Assembly (NCBI RefSeq): GCF_030144855.1
Contig: NC_082714.1
Coordinates: forward strand, 21,886,001-21,950,000
DNA: 64,000 nt
Origin: Hypanus sabinus
Lineage: Eukaryota
Direction of reading: 5' to 3'
Shown here: piece by piece, positions 40,101-49,100 of the stretch
How the letters are laid out: each line of letters starts with the position of its first letter
Position numbering within the stretch: position 1 is the first letter of the stretch
Made by a program: the position numbers and the translations under genes
The notes under the pieces: model-generated
Database searches by the model: none
What the model was told of the DNA's origin: nothing
The model's input: the letters and a program-made list of their open reading frames with translations, nothing else

Positions 40101-43100
40101 ATCTCTTCCCACTCTCTCGCTACATCCAACCTCTTTCATTAGTCTTCCATACTTTTGGTACCCTTCATTATAGTAGTGTGGAGGTATGGTTACCATCTCA
40201 GGTGATTTCATTTTGTTGTGCATTTTCCAAAGGAAGTCTAAAAATAACCCATAGCTTTCCAGGACTATCCTGTTTTGAAATTCTATTTTACTTTCTGATC
40301 TATTCTATTCTTTTTCATTTCAAGTTTCTCAGTTATAATATATTTTGGGATATCTTAAATTATGTGCACATCCTTCACTGAAATGAAAAGTGCGGGATCA
40401 TTGAGCTGTGATACTATTGTTGTATGTGCAGAAGTTCTATCCAACTTCCACGAGGATCTCTGCTGGGATCCCATTAGGACCAGTGGCTTTGTTGCTTTTC
40501 AGGCTCCTGATGGCATCTTTGAGTTCTTTTATACTGGGAGGTTACCCCATGTCATCTCTCACATGTCTCTGGAGAATTTGGTTTCTAACCTCTGGTTCAG
40601 TGCTGTTACAGTTAAGGTCTTGAAAGTGCTCTCTTCAGTGATTGTTGATATCCCTCTGATATTTTACTAAGTTTTTCCTGTACTTTGAGTGCAGAGGGTT
40701 TCCTCCACAGTAGGTTGGAGCATATTCTGCTTTGGTGGCACTGAAGAAGCCTGTCATGTTACCAGAGTCTGCCAGTCTTTGAATTTCCAGGGCTTTCTCA
40801 GTTGACCAAGAATTCTTTACCATCCTCACCCTGCATTGGACATTTGTCTTGGCTCTGGAGTTATCTTCTCTTTTGGCTTTGTTGCTGATGTTATTCTGCC
40901 AGGCACAAAAGGCTGCCTTTATCTTGAGATGAGTTGATCTATCTCCAGATTGTTATCATCAAACTAATCCTGTTGTTTTCTGGAGTTTTTGCAGGTATTG
41001 AGTTTGTCTCCTGAATGTCTAGGAAAAGTAACAACTGCCCTTGGAGCTCAGGAATGCTCTAATAGTGACCATATTCAAGAAGGGAGAAAAAGTAGATTGT
41101 GGTAATTACAAAAGCAAATCACTCCTGTCAACAACAAAGTGCTTGCACATATCCTTATCAACCGACTGCTTCCGCTATCTGCAGAAGTACTCCCTAAATC
41201 ACAGTGTGGCTTCTGCCCATCTAGAAGTACTGCAGACATGATCTTCACAGCATGCCGATTAGAGGATAAATGTCTTGAACAAAGGCAATCCTTGTTCTTG
41301 GCTTTCACAGATTTGACAAAAGCATTTGATATAGTAGGCCACCAGGCTCTCTGGCATATATTATCAGGACATAGCTACCCTGACAAGTATTTAAGAATAT
41401 TGATGCTAATGCATGATGGTACTGAATCAGAACCCTTCACTGTCAAGACAGGAGTCGAAAACGGCTGCATCATTGCACCCAGCCTATTTGTCATCTCTAT
41501 TGCTGCCTTCCTTCACCTCACTGGCCAACATCGTAGTGGGAATTCCAATCATGGATAGAATAGACAGTATGCTTTTCAACCTTAACTGGTTCAAGGCCAA
41601 GAACAAGGTCAGCATTACCACTATCGTGAAGCTTAAGTATGCGGATGACAACTCCATTCCAGCACACACTGAAAAAAGCCTCCAATGTATCCTGACTGCT
41701 TTTGCCAAGGTCTAGTTTTGAATATAAAAAAGACCTAGGTCCTCTGTCAGCTAACATCTAACCAGCCATTTATCCAGGCCTCAACAAAAGTTGACAATAT
41801 TGCCCTTGAGGATGTAGACCACTTTCCTTACCTTGACAGCATTCTCTTCTCAAAAACTGACGTCAGCTTGGAGATCAACCATGGCCTAACTCATGCCGGT
41901 GAAGCCTATGCAAGATTAAGGAAAAGAGTCTTTAAAGGCCCCAACCTGTAGGTCATTCCGAACAGATCCTTTACTCACAGTTGAAGGAGGATCAACGAGA
42001 CCCTGGCAAAGGAAATGCTTCAAAGGTACCAAAATCAGCCTGAAGAAATTCAACATTACCAAAACTTTTGGTCAATAGCACATTTGTCCTTCCTATGTTA
42101 CTGTGTGGAACTGAATCATGGACGGCCTTCAGTAGACACTTGAAAACCCTGGAGCAATACCATCAAAGAACCTTATGAAAGATTTTGAGGATCAGTGTGC
42201 TGGAGGAGGACCACATGAATAGCATTTCCACCATGATAAAGCAACCCCATTTCCGATGGATAGGTCATATCATCAAAAACAACCTTGCATCTAAAAACTC
42301 AGAAGACGTTGCACTTAGTAGACAGACCTGGAGGAAATCCTGTTCAAGAAAGAACTGCACTATGTGAGTTCTCCGCTGTACTGTAGAAAACAAGCGGTCA
42401 CTATAAAAGGAGAGACTGAACAACCAAAAAACCTAATCACTAACCACAGGCATCACCTACTATTGCCCACACTGCACCACCCACCTGATAATCCAGCAAT
42501 AGGCAATCCCTTAGGAAAACATCATACTCAACACAAATGATTGCCTTGCTACTACTAAGGTATTATTGTTAATGTAGCAAGTTCATTTGATCTAGAAGCT
42601 AGCTACAACCAACACTGTAACTGACATTTGATCAGTCCATGTCATTTGGCGATCCTGTCACAATATAATGTGTCATGAAGAAGGTGTTTATAAAATGTGT
42701 GTGAATTATTTGCTCTGCAAAGTGGAACATTTATGAAATTCCTCTTCCATTTTGTGACAGTGCGATCCTTTTCTCCAAGAAGGGGCACGTTTAGGACGGA
42801 CACCCGCAGAGGTGGTTTCAACTTGTGATATCACACTTTCTTGCATTTCTGATCCAAAAGCAGCTAAAGATGTAAGTAAACCAGATGTTTCTTAACTGAT
42901 GGACCAAATGACAAATAATGTTTATGGTATTTGAAATCTTGAAGATTATTTTAAGCACTGCTTAGTTTATGGAGAGGAAGCACAAGGTTTTAATGGGTTA
43001 TTGAGTGTTTTCTCCCTGCTTTGTGGAAGAACTTAGAGTTAGGGACCACAGTTTCAAAATAAGTCAACACCAGTTTAAGATAGAGTTGAGGAAGAATTTT

Positions 43101-46100
43101 TTCTCTTCAGGAATTATGAATCTTTGTAGTTTTCTCTCCCAGAGAGTTTGGGTAAGTAGAGTCATTATCAATCTCAGCCTTGAGTATATTCATATTTTAT
43201 CTGCATGGAAGTTGAAAGTTAGATGAAACAAGTGGGGAGGTGTAGCAAAGGTCAAGTTCAGATCAGTCTTAATTGTCTTGAATGATGGACTTATCTGGGG
43301 GAGCTGAAGACTATTCCTAGTTCTTGTCTTTGTGAATGTTAATTAAATTTTAATACAGGGTCTTTAATTTATCATAATTGAAAGAAACTGGTATCTGATC
43401 ACTTTGAGTGTTACTTGTGCTTTCAGTTGGTTCTGGGTCCGAGTGGGGTACTGCAAGGGATTCGACCAGGCAAGTGTTATGTTGATATGTCTACAATGGA
43501 CCCTGAGACATCCACAGAGATCTCACAGGTGATTAGATAAACTTGCATTATTTAAACTATTTTTGATGTCAGTCAGTATGAAATGTATATAACAAAATGA
43601 ACAAAAATTTAACAAGATGGTCTTGATCTTTTTGAGTCTGCTGATGTAAATATAGTTATTCTATAAACTCTGCAATTGTTCTTTAAGCTTGATACAGATT
43701 TTGGCATGTTAACTGGCACATGCTAATATTCTTGTATGATCAGCAGATGTGAATTTTGCATGGAATATAAAAGCCACAAGGGAAAGTAATAGGCAAGGTG
43801 AAAAAGTATGAGACACAGCTGGGTAAAAGTACTTAAAGAAAAATAATTAACAAAATGGGCATTGATTGTTTATAAACTAGGGGATTAATAATAGAAAATA
43901 AAGAATTGGTCTTTAAACTAAACTGGTATTTTTGAGCAATCTTCATTCAACAAAATATGTAACATTCAAGAAATAGTTAAAGGTCAAGTATTGAAATGGA
44001 GGGAGGAACTCGTGGTGATGGGGGAGTGGAATAGAATCACCAGGGATCTTCTGAGGTTTAGGGAAGTTCTCACTATCTCGAATAAAGAAATTATTTCTAC
44101 TATTTCCAAAAACGAAGGGAATCAAAGCAAGAATATATAGGGCAGATGGAATAACAGCTATCACAGGAAAAATGTTTGAGAAGTTTTCAATAGATGTTGT
44201 ATCAGAGAACTAATAATTATAATGTGATTTTATGAAAGAAAGTCACATTTGTCTTGAGGAAAGGTTGACTAAGCTTAGCTTGTATCCCATTTTCCGTTGG
44301 AGTTCTTTAAAACAAGTATTATGGGCTAGTAGTTAAGGAGAATTGTTCAATTGTCTATTAGATATCCAGAAGGCATTTGATAATGTGTTGTGACAAAGAT
44401 TATGAGCTATTAATTTCTGTAATAATGAGAGACAAAAGATTGACTGCCTGACAAGAAATTGAGGGTAAACAAAATTGAGTCTTTTTCTGTGATTGGAAAA
44501 ATTTAATGAGTGGGTGTTGGGGCCTCAGTTGTATGTAGTTTATACATATGGCTTGGGATTAAAGCACCAGAGGCATGGTTATCAAGTCTTGGAGCCCCAC
44601 AGTGTAGAAACAGGCCTTTCAGCCCACCTATTCTGTGTTGAACAGTTATTCTGCCTGGTCCCATTTGACCTTCACCTTGACCATAGCTCAACATACCTCT
44701 CCTATCCATGTACCTATCCAAACTTAAATGTTCTAGCCAATCCTGCATCTACTACTGCCACTGACAGCTTGCCTCACACTTGCACTACCCTCTGAGTGAA
44801 AAAATTCCCCCTCAGGCTTCCCTTAAATATTTCCCCTTTTACTCTTAGCCAAAGACCTCTAGTTCTAATCTTACCCAACCTCAGTGCAAAAACCCTGCTT
44901 GCATTTACCATATCGACACCCCTCATAATATTGTATATCTGATTCAAATTCCTCCTCATTCTTCTGCACTCCCGAGAATAAAGTCTTAGCCTATTTAAGC
45001 TTTTCCTAGTCCTCAAGTCCCATAAACATCCTTGTAAATTTTCTGTGTAGTTTACTAAAATTGCTGATGATACATATACAAGAAAGTATGAAGTAGGCTG
45101 CAAATGGAACAAGTAAGGGGGAAAATATGTAATGGCTGATATTGTGAGAATTATATATTTTTTAAATTATATCTAAATAAGTACAGAGATAGTGCAGTTT
45201 GTGCCTAAATCCCCGAGATACCATAACTAAATAGGAAATCTCAGACTCTTGGAAATCTTTAAATTAAGAGGTAATCCTTGCTGTCCATATGATATAGGAG
45301 AGCTGAATTAGGCCATTTGGCACATCAAATCAGCTCTGCATTCCATGACTGATTTACTATCCATCACAACCCCATTCTCCTGCCTTCTCCCTATAGCTCT
45401 TAACTAATCACGAACCTCTCAACTTCCGCTATAAATATTCTCAATGACTTGGCCTCTACAGCTCTCTGTGGCAATGAATTCCACAGATTCATCACCCTCT
45501 GGCTAAAGAAATTCCTTCTCACCTCTGTTCTAAAGGCACGTCCTTGTGTTCTGAAGCTGTACCCTCTGGTCCAAGAATTCAAAGGAAACCTCTTCTTTAC
45601 ATCCACACTATCTAGAGCTTTCAATATTCGACATGTTTCAATGAGATCCTCCCCCCCCCCCCCCCACCCACCACCACCACCCTCCCAATTATTCTAAGCT
45701 CCAGTGAATACAAGCCTAGAGCCATCAAATTCTCCATACGTTAGCCCCTTAATTCCTGGGGGCATCTGGACCTTCTCCAATGCCAAATGTTCTCTTAGCT
45801 AAGGGGCCCAAATGCTTTTAATCCTCCAAGTGCAGTCTGGCCAATGCCTTATAAAGCCTCTGCCTGACCTACAGCTGGTGTCCTGACATTCATCCTCACT
45901 AAACAAGCTAAAATGGACTCTCTGGTTCTTGTTTGTTTTAGTTTGCTTTGTGGGAATTGGCTGCTGGATTTCCAACCATACAACAATGACTGGTGCTTAT
46001 GAAATAATTCATCACTTATATGAATGTTAAAATACTGGGCTTACTCACCTCGATTTTTCAGTTATGTAGGGCATGGTGAGACCATGTCTGAAGGGTTTCA

Positions 46101-49100
46101 TATTGTATTGGTCTCTTTAAGGATGAGTGTAGCTATTTTGGAAGTAAGTCAGAATTTACTCTATAGGATCTTGGGTTGGATAATTTGTCTCAAGGAACGA
46201 TTGAATTGGTTTGGATTGTATCATTGGAATTTTGAAGAGTAAGATGTGACTAGATTAAAATATAAAATGTTGAGTGGTTTTGATAGCATGGAAGGAATGT
46301 GCCCTCTTGTTATAAAATCTAGAATGACTAAAATCATTGTTTTAGAACTAAATTCATCCATTTAACACAATTTTTTGAGGTTTCAGTCTTTGGAAGTCTC
46401 ATCCTTTAAGAAGGGTAGAAGCAGAGTCTTTGAGTATTTTAAGGCTGAGCTCGATACATTTTTGATAAGGGGATAGGAACGCACGTAGGATAGACAAGAA
46501 CTTGGAGTTGAGGTTACAATCAAGTCAGCTGTGATCTTATTTAATGGCACACCAGCCTTGAAGGCTAAGTGGCCTACTCCTTCTCCAGATTCTGCTTCAG
46601 AAATTAGTAACTTGTTTTTGGCCAGTTGGTTGCATGGCTGTATTCAGTAAGATGCAAAGCTTGCCAAAATCTAAATTGTGGGTTGGTTGAGTCAAATATC
46701 AGACCTTGAAAACTAGTAAAAGTTAATCTCATTCAATAATTTAGTTAATGGAGCTTTGCTTCAGTGGTCCTGAGCCTTTCCTAATATGCTGCTTCCTTAT
46801 AGAAAACCAATATTTTCCTTAAATTTTGTTTCGGTCTCTTTCGAGAACTTATAGCTTGTTCACTTTAATGCATTGGTTCCACTTTACTTTTCTTCCTCAG
46901 CATTGTTTACCTGTGAATTTTTTTTCTAGATTTTCATGGAAGATTTGTGTTCTAGTTTCCTAGCTTATAGTTTTGTTTGGTTATTTCCTGTTATTTTGCT
47001 CTATTCTGTTATCAAGTAACCAAAGCAAAATATTTATGTATAAAGTGAAGGTTGACTTCAGCAGTTTATTTGGCAAGAGCATTATTAGGTGTGATCCTAT
47101 GCTGTTTCATTTGAACGTTTGAGAGTTGATCTTGGTATGTGCTTTATTAATTAAGTTGAAGAAGCAAAACGTGAAACAACAGGGTTTGTCTGCATGTTTA
47201 GAGAGGTTCAGCTTAGTAGTGATTGTAATTAAATCATTCTCCATAATATTTCCTGGAAAGTTAATGGGGAAATTTTGACAAGACTGATGCATTTCAAATC
47301 AAACAGCACTTTAATTGAAGAGGAGAATATGCATGAATGTTTTATCATAATTTTTAAATATTCAGTTGACGAAGTTGGGGTGTCATTACCAGGAATTAAA
47401 ATTACAAAAGTGAATGTTAGGACATCTGCAAAAAGTGAATGTTAGGACATCTGCAGTTTAAAATTGCTTATTGGACATTTGCTTTAAAGACTTCAAGTGG
47501 GCAGTTTCTGCTTGCTGTCCAAATTTTCAGAGTAGATAACTCATCCCTTGATGGGCACTTTAGTTAGTGCTGTGTATCAATTCTTTGATTCCAGTGCTGT
47601 GTCTGGTGCTTCGTTAAGATCTAAAGTTTGGTAGGTCTTAACTAGGGTAGTCTTTAGGCTGCAAGATGGCACAGTGGCCAGGACTGATCTGTGTAATGGT
47701 TACTCTTACATAGGTCATCACTTCCAGAGGGGGGCGCTTTCTTGAAGCACCAGTCTCAGGGAATCGGCAGCTATCGGAAAATGGAATGCTGGTGATCCTT
47801 GCAGCTGGAGATAAGGCTTTGTTTGATGATTGTAGCAGCTGTTTTCAGGCCATGGGGAAGAAGTCTTTCTATTTGGGTAGGTCCCTGCTTATAGAATCCT
47901 CCAATTATTTCTCCTTGAAAATATATTTGAAATACTTATCAGGGTTGTTTGTTTTTGCCAGGTAGAAAGGCAAACTTTGTGGTAAATTCAGTTATGCAGT
48001 CTATAAAATGTGCTTGATCGGAAGTCATATGACATTCCATCGGATTTGTTAGTTTGTTTTGCAACGGGTTATTAGTTGGTCTCTAAAACTATATTTAAAG
48101 CATTGATGAGCCTGGTCCTCAGATTTTATATCTTGCCATCTCCATCTGTTTATATTGTGCATGGTGCTGTATCAGATAATATAACTGGTTATGAAAAGCC
48201 GCTGTCCATGATATTTACTCCAAAATAAATATTTTACTTGCAACAAAAAAAGTAATGGTGTGCAGTGTTACATGCTTCGTCATCACAACTTTGGTAATAT
48301 TTCACCATGCACAAGATGATAACAGTTGGCATTTGGCATTTAAAATATGTAAATATGTAGGTTATGTGGGGGCGGGGTGAAGGAGAGAAAAAACAAGGAA
48401 AAGAATAAGACAATTCCAATGGGAAGACTTGAGTTTTGAAAAGGCACCTCTCATCTTGCTATTGCCCAAGTTACATATTAATTTCCATAATAATGTTATG
48501 GTTAATATTGACAATTTCACTAAGTTGTATATATTTTATTATGAGAGTACTACTTTTCGAAATATATGGAACACGTAAATGACCAATGTCAATGTCTATT
48601 TTTCTTTTTCAGGAGAGGTGGGCAATGCTTCGAAGATGATGCTGATTGTAAATATGATCCTGGGGAGTTTCATGGCTTCTATAGCTGAAGGATTTACATT
48701 GGCTAAAATAGCAAGCCAGTCACAAGAAGTGTTGCTTTATATCCTCAGTCAGGGACCTTTAGCGTGTGCTTTTTTGGACCAGAAGTGCCAAAGTAATAAC
48801 TTATGAAATTTTTAGGGGTATTGGTTAAGGGAATGGGGCTTTTTTGTTTGAATTAGCATTAAAATTACGATAACCTGAATTTAATTCCCCAATGCAAATG
48901 CGTTCTTGTACGTAAATGTGAGAATTTAACCAAAGACAAAATTAATTTGTCTTTAACTAACCCCATGCACAAGCCAATAGAGGCTGAAGTGTTAGGAAAA
49001 TATTGTAGGAGTGTCTATAATATTTGTCTTATAGATAATAGGTGTTACGAGTATTTCAAAGGTACAATTTAATGTCAGAGAAATGTAGAAATATACATCC

